From assembly GCF_018977255.1 (NCBI RefSeq), contig NW_024704742.1:67024001-67088000 (forward strand): a DNA stretch of 64,000 nt, written 5' to 3'. Positions 38,845-51,629 of the stretch are shown here, in pieces (within the stretch, counting starts at the first letter, position 1; each line of letters opens with the position of its first letter). The DNA is from Callorhinchus milii (taxonomy: Eukaryota). The translations under genes were made by a program, and so were the position numbers. The notes under the pieces are model-generated. The model was not told where the DNA came from. It saw only the letters and a list, made by a program, of their open reading frames with translations, and did not search any database.

Positions 38845-39125
38845 TCCACTCACAGGCACTGGCCTGCTCCATATCTCCCGCCTAGCATGCCTCACCATGG
38901 GGTTCAGGCCTTCAGCCTTTCTGCCCCAACCTTTGGCACTCATCCCACATTCCTGTTGCCTCGCCTTCTTCAAGGTCCGTGCATTCGGCCACCATCCTAC
39001 CTCTCTACCTGCTCTGCCTTCCACCCCTCCTGATCCCAACCCCCAGCTCGGGACCAAATCCTTGACTGTCCAATGACTTGGGATGTCCTGCCAACATGAA
39101 AGGCGCTATACAAATGTAATTTGTC
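38845..39125 (+). mobile_element. L2 3' fragment with CCTCCC-type tail
   Basis: TGLLHISRLACLTMG..AFS, then ccaaatccttgactgtccaatgacttgggatgtcctgccaacatgaaaggcgctatacaaatgtaa. The same tail occurs at 30610-30695 and 49790-49900. Confidence 0.75.
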
Positions 39126-40077
39126 CATTTAGATTGTTTTTGAGGGATACAAACAGTACCTTAGTACAGTAACGCCCCGTGATGCATTTTAACGGGGTAT
39201 TGCAAACCGTTTCTTGTGGAAACAAATGCCTCACTGAAATAAACTTTGTATTGCAAGGAAAATTCCATTTATAAGAGATCACTGAAAAGGCTGTGGGCCA
39301 ACACTCCTGGGTTCCACAAGACATTCTCCCTGTTAATGATTTCACAGTTTTTCTTTGAAATTGTCCTGGCACTGCGATTTGTATCACAAAGTGTTAATTG
39401 GGCGTCTCTGCGTGTGGGAAACTCTTGAACTCTAACCTCTCCTGGGTCATGGATAGTACCAGATAGTTCAGGGAATGACCTGTGGGAGCACAGGGGCACA
39501 AACCGCCGGCTGCTTAGACACTGTTTGTTTTCTCTGTCTGGTATCGGGCATGCAGGTTTTAAAGTTTTTGGTACTTCAAATAAAAGGCAGATACAAATCC
39601 TTAGGCGCATTTTGCATTGACACGGAATACTGCAAACCCCTCAGAATTCATTTCCAGCAGTGAGTGTGACCATTTTCCCCAAATGGACAAATCTGCAATC
39701 CAAAGGACTGAGTAACTGGTTTGACACAATGATCTGAAAGTCTCTTCAATGGAAAGGAATTGTTTTATTCTATACACCTCGCTGCTGTACAGTAAATTGA
39801 TTCAAGTTTTTTTAATAAATTATAACGCCTCGCTGCTGTTTTTTTGTACTGCATATTTGCTTTAATTTGGCTTTGTTCTTTAATTTCCGCACTGCTTCTT
39901 CTCATAAATATTACTGGCTCACGCTGGAGTCTAGTTCCACAGTCCCAGCCAGTTTCTTAATACCTTAACAAATAGCCATTCTTTGTGCATAAACCAAGGA
40001 AGTGAATGTTTGCCAGCTTTGATGCTGTGGGGCAGCAAAGTGAACTCAACGCTGTATTCGCCCAATTTCCAATTATT

Positions 40078-40365
40078 ATAATAATAGTCCTTCAATTTAC
40101 ATAGCGCCTTATCACGTCGTTGAGACGCCTCAAAACGCTTCACAGAATATATTGTAAAGCGGATTGCTGGTGTATTTTGTGGGCGAAACGCAGCAGCCAT
40201 AAACAGTTGTGGATTGAGTGGATTTTTTTTTGAGGGATTATTACTCCCAGAAAGCGATGTGCCAATCTGGGTTCCTACATACTGCTAGGTAAACAGATGT
40301 GTGGAGTAAGGAAACTTACCCGCATCCTCTTGCTTGCAAGGCAAGTGCTCTAACCAATACGCTAC
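40078..40365 (-). mobile_element. Deu SINE (long subfamily, internally deleted)
   Basis: Tail gcgccttatcacgtcgttgagacg, and head remnant gcaaggcaagtgctctaaccaatacgctac. Confidence 0.82.
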
Positions 40366-40986
40366 CTGCTCAACATCCAATTCCTAAATCCTTTCTAGGT
40401 GAGTGATTACTATCTAGCAATGAGGACTTGGGCACCTTGCTGATTTTTCCCCTTTCTTGTCCACAGTTATCTCAGACCTGATAATAATCCTTACAGTTGT
40501 CATTTTATGCCTTATAGCGTTGTTGAGACATCTCAGAGAACTTCACAAGATTTTACCGAGTAGTGACTATATATTTGTAGATGAACATGGCAGACAATGT
40601 GCACACGGCAACATCTCACAAGCAGCTATGAAGTCAGTGCCTTGCATAGATTTTGTAAACGGGTAGTTGCAGTTCTGTGTCTTAGCAAAGATTATCTTGG
40701 TCATTTTTTAATTTTGTCCTCCCTCTTCCATTTAACGCACAAAGACTCAACAGCAAGCCCAACTACTCTGCAAGAGAATGGAACAGTTTACTGCATACCA
40801 CGTCCACTATAATATGGAAGCTGAGTTCTTTAGCTAAAGGCGCTATACCAATGTAATCTTATTGTTGTTTAGCTATCAGTGGATAGCAATTAACCCCAAT
40901 ATAAGATACTTACTACCAGATAAAATTTAGCCTCCTGCTATTACCATTAACCCTGCTTTGATGGAAGCTAAACTATCCAAGCAGAA

Positions 40987-41190
40987 AACAACAACAACTA
41001 CTTGCATTTATACAGCACCCTCCACACCCGGCCATGTCCCAGAGCACTTAACAATGGTGGAGGCCGATGCCGAGCCAATGGTAGGGGAGAGGTGACCATA
41101 GGCACGGCACGGTCGAAGAGGAAGGTCTTCAGGCACAGCCTGAAAATGGGGAAAGAGGGAGCAAGGCGAAGGGATTGAGGGAGGGAAAAG
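40987..41190 (-). mobile_element. L2 3' fragment
   Basis: ORF 40998-41255 contains SLPQSLRLAPSFPIFRLCLKTFLFDRA, with a (GTT)n tail. Confidence 0.8.
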
Positions 41191-44100
41191 ACCATATTTC
41201 CAAGTATTGTGGTTAAAGATTTTGTTTGGATTGTTCTTGCAGGTCTTAAAGACATACAGTATCTCTGCAGAATAATCCATTCTTTTAGAAGAGGAAACGC
41301 AACTCTACATGCAAATTCAGGAGGGCACGGCAGATTTACACTGTCCAGACATGTAGTGTTTCTTGATAACTGAGATGATGTGGCAAATTATTTACCATAA
41401 ATAACTTGTGACATATCAAAATGTGATATACGCCTTATCCATGGAGTTTTCCATCTAATTATGGATTAAAAGTCTTTTGTCAGGAGCCCCAGATTTTTTT
41501 TCCTTGTGCTCTTTTAAGATGTACGCTTCTTTCCGTCTCCTACACGGTGCCATCCTTCAGATGAGACAGTAAACTGAGGTCCCATCTGCCTGCTTAGGTG
41601 GGAGTTAAAGATCCCATGGCAACATTCAGAAAGCGAAGGGAGTTCTCAGTGGCTGTGTTCGTTGCAAGTAAATGTAGTGGCCAAATTGAGCACAGTAACA
41701 CCTCACAAACAGTAATGAAGAAAATGGTGAATTTTATATGGGGGACTGTCGGCCAGGACACTATAAGAAACTTCCTTGATTGATGTGTCACCTCAGTGTT
41801 AAGTGGTTGAGTTTTTTAATCCCTCATTGCCTGGTACAATGCTACTGGTGTAGATTATAAAGTAAAAGGAAATGTCTCACAATTATTTTGTTCCCACTTT
41901 CCATCTGGTGTCCTGGCTAACAATCCCCGAGGAAAAATTGGTCATCGATTTTGACTATTTCGGGGACATTGTTGTGTGCAAATTGGCTGCCACATACTCT
42001 ACTCGGTCACTACAATTTTGAATAAATCCTGTGAAGCAATTTGGGACGTTTCATCACCAATAGCTTGCATTTATTTATATAAGCACACCCTTCGCAAGAT
42101 AACACATGGAAAAATGAGTTATTAATGTTTTCTGCAAAATGGACGGGGAAGAGCCATCCAACCGTTCCTCTTTTTTTTAAAAAAAGCCAAACTTTTGTTT
42201 TCTAGTGTAGAAAAAATATTTTTTTAAATTCAAAATGTTAAATTTAGAAATTTGCTTTGAGATGTCTCAATGACGCGATAAGACTCTATATCAATTGCAA
42301 GGAATAGTACACATGTAAAAGGTTATACAGTAATGCTTATATTTGGTACAGCATCTTTCACATCGAGAGGAGGTCTCAACGCTCTTCACAGGATATACTG
42401 TAAAGTGAATTGACTGTATGTATTGAGGGTGGGCGGGGAGGTTGACAGGAGAATGGAGTTAAATGTTCTTGTGGAGAAACAGCACAGGCACAATGGACCA
42501 AGTGACCATCTCCTGTGCTGTAAATTTCTAATGATCCAAACCCTGTTCTTATCTCACTGAGAAGCTGTTGTAACATGCAGCTGACGGTGTGTTTTTTTCC
42601 TAAAAAGACAACACTCCGATGCATAAAAAGTTTCTGTCCATAAATAGAAATGTCTTATTTAAACAGGATGCAGGATCAGAACTGTTTCCTTTTGCCTGTC
42701 ATGCAATAAATCAGTCTTTCGTAAGACATTCAGCCACACGTACAATAAAGGGTCTGTTATTCTATAACTCTTTGTTCTCACCAGATTTCATTGCCTTTTT
42801 ATATTGTGGGGGAGGGAGGGAAGAAATGAGCCAGTGAGTGGAAAATCTAGGTCAGATTAGTTGCATGGGTAAATAGTGTGGGTTCTCTGCATGTACTGGC
42901 AGAATATAAGGCTTTGATTGTAGAATTCATTGTAAAAATAGATGTGGTCAATGGTCTGATGGCTTATCTAACAACTTTTATCAGATCATTAAGAGCCTAG
43001 AAACAAACGGATGGCTGGGTGGAGGGGAAGTACGTTTTATTTTGTAACGAATTTGCCCATTTCACTTCGTTTCTGAAAAGGCAGTTTTTTTTATTAAATG
43101 GTCAGCTACATAGAGTGGAAAAAAGTTCAGAGACCCTTTACGTCGACCTCCTCCCACTCACGATTCAACCCACCCCTTGTCTCCTGGTGCACGGCATTCA
43201 GTTTCCTCTTAGAGATGCAAAATCAGACGTAAAATCTCAATGGCAAGAGTTACATTTCAGACTTATTGGAGCAGTACTAGAGTCGGACTCCATTATAACA
43301 TGCTGCAGTGCAGCGCAGGTTCATTTAGAGCGCAGCTGTATATGCATCCTCAGCCACTTAATGGTTATTATTATTATGTCCTGTGAAGTACTTTGGGACG
43401 TCCTCCAGATGTAAAAGGTGCTACATCAAATGCAAGGATTATTATTATTATTAACTTGGGCCACCCCTCCACCTAATAACCACCCATTTGTTAATGGCTT
43501 TTGCTGCTAACTGGCTTCTGCTCCAAAAGATGTCACCGTATCAGCGGCAACAGCTGGAAACAGTGGTGAGCGCGGGGTCTCTGAACAGCTGGCTTTGCAG
43601 GAAGACAGGCAGTTGCCACCAGATATGATGTCAGCAGCAACCTGATGACAAGATGTGCTGGCCGCCGGCCATTACTATAACCCGGAGACTGGTTTTATGG
43701 ACCTCAAATCATTGTTTTATAACAGGGTTCAAATCTGTAGCTTTTTTTGGTATTGAAGGATTCCAGGGTAGGATTTATCCTTTATTTTCTTTACAAAGAT
43801 CCCAGCCTAGTTTAACTTTTTGTATTCTTTGAATTGTCTATGATTATTTGGATGCCCCATTTCCACTGCAAAGTTTTTGTTTCTTTAAATAATGCTTGGA
43901 AAACTCCATAAATCCTGATTTCAGGCATTGAATCCATTTCTGAATTCTGTTCCCCAAACCACCTTCAGAAAGTGGTCTCGGAATCTGTCAACACAGGTCA
44001 TGTAAATCATGTTTGACTCTGAGCTGATTTCAAAAGTGCTGTGTAACTTGTTTTAATTTGTTGGTCTGGTCTAAATCGTGTTTCCCACTCCCGAAGCCCA

Positions 44101-45111
44101 AAATAATAATAATAATCACAATCCATGCATTTGATATTGTTTCTTTCCCATCTGTAGGATGTCCCAAAGAGCTTCACAGGAGATCCTGTAAAGGGCCATG
44201 ACTGTTTTTTGTGGGCAAAATCTCATTTCACTTTTAAAGACTATTGTTTTAAAAACAATTGTGCGAGATTTTGGAAAATCCCCCAAGCTGCAAGACAAAA
44301 ATTATGTAGTTCCTAAAAAGAGCAGTGTTTAAAAAAAACTTTAAAGCTTGAATGTAATAGTTTTTCAAAATTCTGAGTGTATTTCTGCCCAGATAAAATT
44401 GGTCATTCACTTCATGACTGTTTGTGGAGATATAGCTGTACGCAAATTGGCTGCCGCATTCACCTCCAAAATATGCTCTGAGGTGTTTTGAGACACCCTC
44501 CCGATATGAAAAGCACTATCAAAAGGGAATTGGATACGTATTTGAAAAGGGAAATTTTGCAGGGCTATGGGGAAAGAAGGGGAGAGTAGGTCTAATTGAA
44601 TGGCTCTTTTAAAGTCGCGGCCCAGCACGATGGGCACCTTCTGTGCTTTAACATTCTGTGATTTTATTCTGTATAGATTAGTATTGTTTTTAAGAACTGA
44701 AGAAAATGGCTTTCAAACTAAGACTGAATTTAAAAAGTTTTAAGGCAAAATGAGCTTGCAGGCTAAAACTAGATGTAGTTTCAGCCCTCTCTGATCAACA
44801 TCCTGCCTGCTTTAATCCACCCTGTGTGAATGAACTATAAGTAACATTAAACTGGCTGTGTTACAGATACATTGCATTTAAGCCTCAGGATTAATTCTGA
44901 CCCTGTTTGTGTTGCTGTTGCTTTAAATTAAGGTGGCTGATCATACAAGGCTGAGTCATTTGCTTAATGACATGATATAATCGATCTTTACCCCCTGGAA
45001 TCCCAATAGTTAGTTTTGCTTCTCTGCGTTGTCAAATTTCATACCTGTTCAAAAGTCGAGTGTCCTTTTGCAAACATTTCAAAGCCTGGGCCCGACACAG
45101 CGAGAATAGTG

Positions 45112-45386
45112 TAATAATAATAATCCTTGCATTTGATAAAGCGCCTTATCACGTCTTTGAGACGTCTCAAAGTGCTTCACAAAATATACTGTAAAGTGAA
45201 TTAACTGTATATTTTGTGGGCGAAACGTGGCAGCCAATTGCGCACAGCAGTGTCCCACAAACAGTCGTAGATTGAAGTGACCAATTTATTATTATTATTA
45301 TTTTGGGGGGGAGGGATTATTACTCCCGGAAAAGCGATCCGCCGATCCACCAACAATCGGGCTCTTACTCACTGCTAGGTAAACAG
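45112..45386 (-). mobile_element. 5'-truncated Deu SINE (long subfamily)
   Basis: Tail gcgccttatcacgtctttgagacgtctcaaag, Deu core, and the actgctaggtaaacag segment are present. Confidence 0.88.
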
Positions 45387-46980
45387 TGTAGGCAGTTTGG
45401 CTGGTTAATTATACATCGCTCTCGATGCAAAATTCTGGGCTGAGCAGTCAGATGATTGTGCTGGTCTGTAACTAACTCCACCCCTGGCCTCTCCCCCTCT
45501 AGCAGACAGACAGACCGACAGCACTTAGCTGCCACTAACTTCTGGGAGAATTGAACGGGCCGCCATATGTCCAGTGATTTCATATCTCAGTGAAGTCTCA
45601 CTCAGCAAAAAAAAACATAAAAAGGGGGAAGTAACGGCTGTGTAGATGGGGAGCTCACGCCTCCAGAACACAGGGTTCGCTCTAGGTAATGATTCTTGGC
45701 TTTCCTTCATTAGAAATGACCAAATAAAGGTGTGTTGGCAGTTGGCAAAATATTTGCATGTTACTGTATAAGCAGCAAGCTCCTTCCAACTTCCCCTCCC
45801 CCACCACCGTGCCCTGCTGCGTGCATTTTGCAAGCTGCTGTTTAACATGAGATTGTTTATTGACGAGTTAGTTGTACAGATGTGCAGTCTCCCCCTTGTT
45901 ACAATAATAATAATAATCCTTGCATTTGATAGAGTGTCCTGATCACATCAGCGAGACAAGCTTCACAGGATTTTATTGTGAAGTGGTGTGACTTGTTTGT
46001 ATTTTGCGGGTGAGCTGCTGCAGTTGAAGCACTTTGTGTTTGTCAGCAGTTTTTTCCAGCAGTTAATCTCTTGAGCTGTGTTTGTCATGTGTTACGTTTG
46101 ACAACCGAAAGGGATTTTTTTTTTTTTCCCCCCTCTGTGGCATTAATTCCTGAAAAGTTTTTTTATAACAATTTTAGCCGTGAAATAAGCAACTGCTGAA
46201 ATCCAGCTACGTAATACTGTAACAATAATAATCCTTAATAATAGCGCCTTATCAGACCGATAAGATTGAATGCGCTTTACAGGAAATATTGTAAAAGTGT
46301 AATTTGTGGGTGATGTGACAACCAATATCCACACAGCAATGTCCCATAAACATAGAGAGAATGACTGATTTTATTTGGGGGATTGTTAACTCAGAATAGT
46401 GGAAGAAAAAATATATAAATAAAAAGAACAGGGTAGAGATGCTTGGATGTGGGGGCAGAAACCTGAGTTTCTTTCATAAGACGTGTGTTTTTGGGTGAAG
46501 CTGCTTTTCCCCATAATTTGGCCCGTGTTGGGCAGCAGTTTCCTACGTAAAGCCTCCCTATTCTCAGTGGCTCTGAATTCAGCTGTGTGGATGTAAAAGA
46601 TGCGAGCGAGGACAAGATCCTCCTTTTTCCCTCGTTTTAAACTGAGTTTCAACTCCGGCAAAATACGTTTGTGCAGCGTTTCAAAACACCCCTTGAACAG
46701 AGATAGTTTTCAGGCATTCGGTTGATGCCACTCGCTGCTTTATTATTTCAAGAGAATTATTGGACTCGGGTGGTTGTTCCATAAAGTTAACCTGCTCTCC
46801 ACCCCCCCCCCACCTGATTTTTTTTAGAAAAGCACCCGATCAATAGCACAAAATGCAATAAAACTGTATTTTGCCTTTTGAAAAGTTTCCTAAATATTGC
46901 TGAGTAAATTGGCTATTTGTGTTCGCCTACAATTGTACAGTCACTACATTTTACAGTTTTAAATCTTGTGGAGCATTTTG

Positions 46981-47298
46981 TAATAATACTTGCAATCAAA
47001 CATTATCACATCATTGAGACGTCTCACAGAATATACTGTAATGTGAATTGACTATATTTTGTGAGTGAAAAGTGGCAGCCTATTGTGCACAGCAGTGTCC
47101 CACAAACAGCTGGGGGAGGGATTATTGTCCCCGGAAAGCGATCCACCAATCAACTAAAAACTGGGTTGTTACTTAGTGCCAGGTAAACAGAGTAAAGAAA
47201 GTCAGGTATGTGGAGTAAAGAAACTTGCCCAAAGTGTTGCCCAGCCCGGAAATCAAACCCGAGTCATCTCGATTGCGACAACTGCGCTACAGGACTCC
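46981..47298 (-). mobile_element. Full-length Deu SINE nested inside an older + strand SINE
   Basis: The head ends ggactcc at 47298. The flanks 46905-46980 and 47299-47372 are the two halves of a + strand SINE 3' region. Confidence 0.85.
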
Positions 47299-47464
47299 AC
47301 TTTGAGATGCTTCGAGACATCTCAAGGACATAAGGCGCTGTATTAAATCCGAGGATGATTACTATTATTATTCAGTAACTAATTTAATGTGTAAAGAAAA
47401 GTTGGAACCAAACACAAGTGTAAAGATTATTCGTTGTCGTTGAGTCGAGCCGTTTTGATCATAT

Positions 47465-47782
47465 TAATAATAATAATCCTTGCATTTGATATAGCGCTTT
47501 TCACGTCGGGAGGACGTCCCAAAGCGCTTCACAGAATATACTGTAAAGTGAGTTGACTGTATATTTGTGGGCGAACGCGGCAGCCAATTGCGCACAGCAA
47601 TGTCCCACAAACAGTCGTAGATTGAAAATGACCAATTTAATTATTGTTTTTGTTTTTTGGAGGGATTATTATTAGGCGTGTGGAGTAAGGAAACTTGCCC
47701 AAGGTTTCGCCCTCTGCCTGGAATTGAACTCAGGTCTCTCGCTTGCAAAGCGAGTGCTCTAACCACTGAGCTACAGGACTCC
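47465..47782 (-). mobile_element. Full-length young tRNA-derived Deu-domain SINE (internally deleted subfamily, CCTCCC-loop tail)
   Basis: The minus strand reads GGAGTCCTGTAGCTCAGTGGTTAGAGCACTCGCTTTGCAAGCGAGAGACCTGAGTTCAATTCC (A and B boxes, TGC anticodon-like loop). A Deu-like core GTTTGTGGGACATTGCTGTGCGCAATTGGCTGCCGCG follows, then an L2-type tail and (ATT)n. CpGs are retained. Confidence 0.92.
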
Positions 47783-48597
47783 ACAAATGGTGTTTTCAGT
47801 TACTTGTGATATCATTCTAATATTTCATTTATATATTTGGCATTCTCTTAAAACTATTTTTCCCTTGCGTGTGCCTCGTGTACTCTGATGTGAAACAATT
47901 ACATCTCCCATCCACCCGTCAGATAACTGCTATTAAGTATTTTGGTGTAAACTGCTTTTTGTATTAATTTAAAGTCAGCCCTAAAATGTGTTGCATTTTT
48001 GCTCTCTCATGACTTTGCAAGCTAACATATTTTTGTGGTAAAGTTTAATTTTTCATCTGCACATGTTCAAGAACCTCAAAACTGACTCGATTTGAAAGGC
48101 AGCCTTTATCTTTTTGTTGATAAGGCTGCACCGATTATGAGGGGTTAATTTCAGATTGCCTATCTAAGCTGGCCGGCGTTGATTGAAGTGGTGCCGCTCT
48201 CTGTTTATTTTAGCGCAAGCGAGAACTGAGGAGACAAAGTTGACAATATGTACAAATAATGATTTTATGTTATGTTTTAGATCATGGGCAGGATGATGAA
48301 GATCGCCAAAAACTCCCATGCATCCTAGACATGACAAGTGGGAGAGTTATGGTCAGTAGGGTCAATTTAATAAATAAATCAGTAAATTGTTAGAATAGCA
48401 AATTGATGTAGGCTCTCTCTCTCTATATATATATAGAATGTCCAAGTATGAGAAGCTTAAAATATTAAGTTGCTGTATTTTAGCAATGATGTTTTCTTCT
48501 ACTTTATGTTGCAATGAAAGTGCTTTCTCTGCTCTGCCTTTGCAAGGCTGGGAAAAATGTTAAACGTTTTAGAGCTGTTATTTTTCTCTCTCTTAAG

Positions 48598-48708
48598 CCT
48601 TTCATCGCATTGAAATCTTTACCTGAGGCTCCGACATCAGCACAGTGTTGTTGATCTGTGATGTGGTTATGTTAGAGGGACCTATAAATGTGTGCTGGCT
48701 GATGTCAG
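48598..48708 (+). other. Candidate upstream CTBP1 exon ending ATG TCA G|GT
   Basis: The acceptor-like sequence tttttctctctcttaag ends at 48597. ATGTCAG (48702-48708) is followed by GT. Splicing to 62600 gives MSGIRPP in frame, like mammalian CtBP1-S (MSGVRPP). The donor GTGACC is weak and a chance match is possible. Confidence 0.3.
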
Positions 48709-51458
48709 GTGACCTTGCGATCTTGCTTGCCATGTTAATACTGGTTTTATTTTACAGTGGTCGGCAGTTTGATTTTGGGTTGGGAAGGGTGGGGAAGAGA
48801 GGGTAGATTCCCATCCCCAGTTCTGCTAACCCTTTCACCAGGGATAAGTCCCAATCTAGTTTGAATAGAATGCCTCTAACAGCAAGTTAGTTTTATTTTA
48901 TGTTTTTGGTTGTCGTGTGTTGGGATTTTTCTCTCACCACTGTTTCCGTTTCTGGTATCCCTGGCTTTGCTGCTCAGCATAGTGTGAGCCCTTCAGTTTG
49001 GGGTCAGCCGGGTGTCTGACACATGTGGAAACCCATCACCATGCTTAAGAATATCCAAACCAAACTGAGATTTCCATGCTTCCCACCTACACGTGTTTTG
49101 CTGGGACAAATTCCCGGATGGAATGACGCCTGGGGGCGTGTCAGCCTTTTTGGGGGGGAACATCTGGGTTACGGAGAATGGTTCAACCCAATGGAACCAC
49201 AGCTCCTGAGAGTTGCTGACTAAGCAGTGTTGGCGTAACAATCTTGGTGTGATGGCAATCCTGGTGTGATGTCTACCTCCTACTAGTGAGAGGGCAAGGA
49301 AATGACAAACATCATCTCTGAGGAGGGCAAAGGAGGCTGGCTCCACATCACCTTGCTAAGAGCTCTGTGATGAAAATTAAAAGGTTAAAAGGAGGTTCCA
49401 AGTGACACAATTTGGTTCCCATGTTCAACCTCAACCTACATTACCAGCAGTGACCCTCAAAATGCTTGTCCTAGGGAATTTGACTGCAAACCATCCCTTC
49501 ACAGTTACTCAGCTTTTGCTACTCATCTTGCAGACTTAATACACAGATATGTTACCATTATCCAAACTGTTGCCACGATTTGAAATCTGTGTTCAATTTA
49601 CACGAGCAATAATTTGGACAAGTTTTAATGCTGCTGCTTCTGTGCTTCTTGCTTGTTTACAACTCTTGTTTGTGCCAAAACAAATTCCTAAACTTGATCC
49701 CCAACCAGTGTTGATGACAACATGCCCATAATCCAAGAGAAAGATTTTCATATAGTCAGGCTCTGTAGTTTTGGTGTTAATCGCACATTTTCAGTCACCT
49801 TTCCCCTCTCAAACCCCTTTGCCTCCCACCCTCAGCTCGGGTGCCCAGCTAGCAGTGCCGAAGCGCTTTGAGATGTCCTCCTCATGTGAAAAGGCACAGT
49901 ATTGTGTTTTGTTTGAGATTTCGGAATACCATGCTATTTAAAATAAATAAACATCTAAAATAAATGCATTAGGGTGTTACCAATGTTGAAAGTAACTTCC
50001 TATAACAATCGTAAACCCAGGAACTATTTTGGCCAACAACAGAGCCAGTGCCTGAATGATGGACGTTTATTTGTAAAATCTAATTATCTAACCACATGAC
50101 TACAAAACTGTATTGCATCAAAGGTCATGGCAGGCTGTTTATCAATCTTCTACAATGCTAATTAATAAAGCATTGGTGACAGGTGAAGAAAAAATAAATG
50201 CAACTAGGCTGTTAGTTAGTTTCGCAAATATGTCTGTACGTTATAAATTTTAAAAAGCATCCACAGAACGGAAGCCTGTCTTTCTTCCATTAAGCAATTC
50301 TTTTCACCAGTTCGCTTTGATTTACGAATTTCCCTAATAACCCTTGTTAGAAAATCAGTATGGCTCATTATATGGATATACATCTCGACTCCTTGCAGTA
50401 ACATGTTAAAACAATTATGTTCAGTGGAGTGTACTTGACATTTGCCCAGCACACTGTTTACCGCCATGCAAAACATTGGTTATCTTGTAGTTGCCACATT
50501 TAAACTCTTTCGAGCACCGATTGTCACATAAGCCAGAGTCAGATGCTTGTGCAGTATTTTGCAATGAAGTCTGTTAACCCATCTTCTCTTTTATAACATT
50601 TTTTTAACTGTAATGTGTTATTAACCATAGTTTTGGTAAATTTGAATGCATCTTAAAAATGTTTACTATCTTGACTTTTTACAGAAAAGTGTGTTAAAAA
50701 CATAAAGTGCTCATTCCCTTCCGGAACCGTTAACTATTTACCATCATGTGCTCTATCCAGTTTCCCTCGAGCTTCCGAGGATAGCAACCAAATGCATCTG
50801 AATCTCCCAAGATTAAGTTCTGATTATCTTCCTGATTTACAATGATTATAAAGGACACTACTAACAAATGGCTGCATAAGCTTTCATAACTGTATTTAAA
50901 TATGATTTGTATAAAATCAATACTTGAGGAAAATTAACCTTAATGGATATGGAGATAGAGCAGGGGATTAGGAAATGGATGTAGATCAATAAGAAACACG
51001 ATGAGCCAAAAGGCTTCCTTATGCTGTAAACTTTCTATGATTCTATTACTACAATTTTACGGCCCACACTTACTACTGCTGTCAGAAGCATTCCACAAGT
51101 GACTCACGCTTGATCCCAAAAGCACATCTTCCCTTTTAAGCATTTCCTTTACATCAGCAAGGAAGTGATCAGTCAAGTGACACAAGACTGAAAAACTAAC
51201 TCATATTCAGTTGAGTCATTAGAAGTAAGTTCCAAACAGATCAAATCTCCAAAAACTCCCTCCTCCCCCCACCCAAACAAAAATCATAACAATCCAAATA
51301 TTTAAAATAAAAAAGTAACAAGTTCTGCTTCATTCCATTTATCTGCCTCATGTGACTGAGGATTGAAGGCAGGAAGTCTCATCTTGATCTAGGTCAGTGA
51401 TTTCACCAGACCACTGCTTGGTTGTCAGTCCTTGACTTCAATGGACAGCCTCAGGCCT

Positions 51459-51629
51459 CCCCCCCCCCCCCCCCCCGCCCCCACATCTTTTCATTGTTAT
51501 TAAGGACCATTAAAGTCTCTTTCTATTCACAAAATAATAACCTGGATTTTTTTATACTCGTATTTCTGTCAAAAAGAGGGAAAAATTCAATGGGGGTGGG
51601 GGTGGGGGGGGGGGTGGGGAGAGAGGGGG
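51459..51629. repeat. Poly-C tract and nearby G-rich tract
   Basis: C run at about 51459-51482 and gggggtgggggtggggggggggggtgggagagaggggg at about 51592-51629. Other homopolymer C or G runs lie near 10000, 23290 and 25955. Confidence 0.85.

Noticed and set aside
39165..39284. Small Tigger-like MITE (TA-CAGT...ACTG)
   Set aside because: Beyond CAGT the putative TIRs do not match; only a short ccccgt/acgggg hairpin is present.
48293..48360. Box C/D snoRNA (ATGATGA at 48293)
   Set aside because: No suitably placed CTGA D box with a terminal stem.
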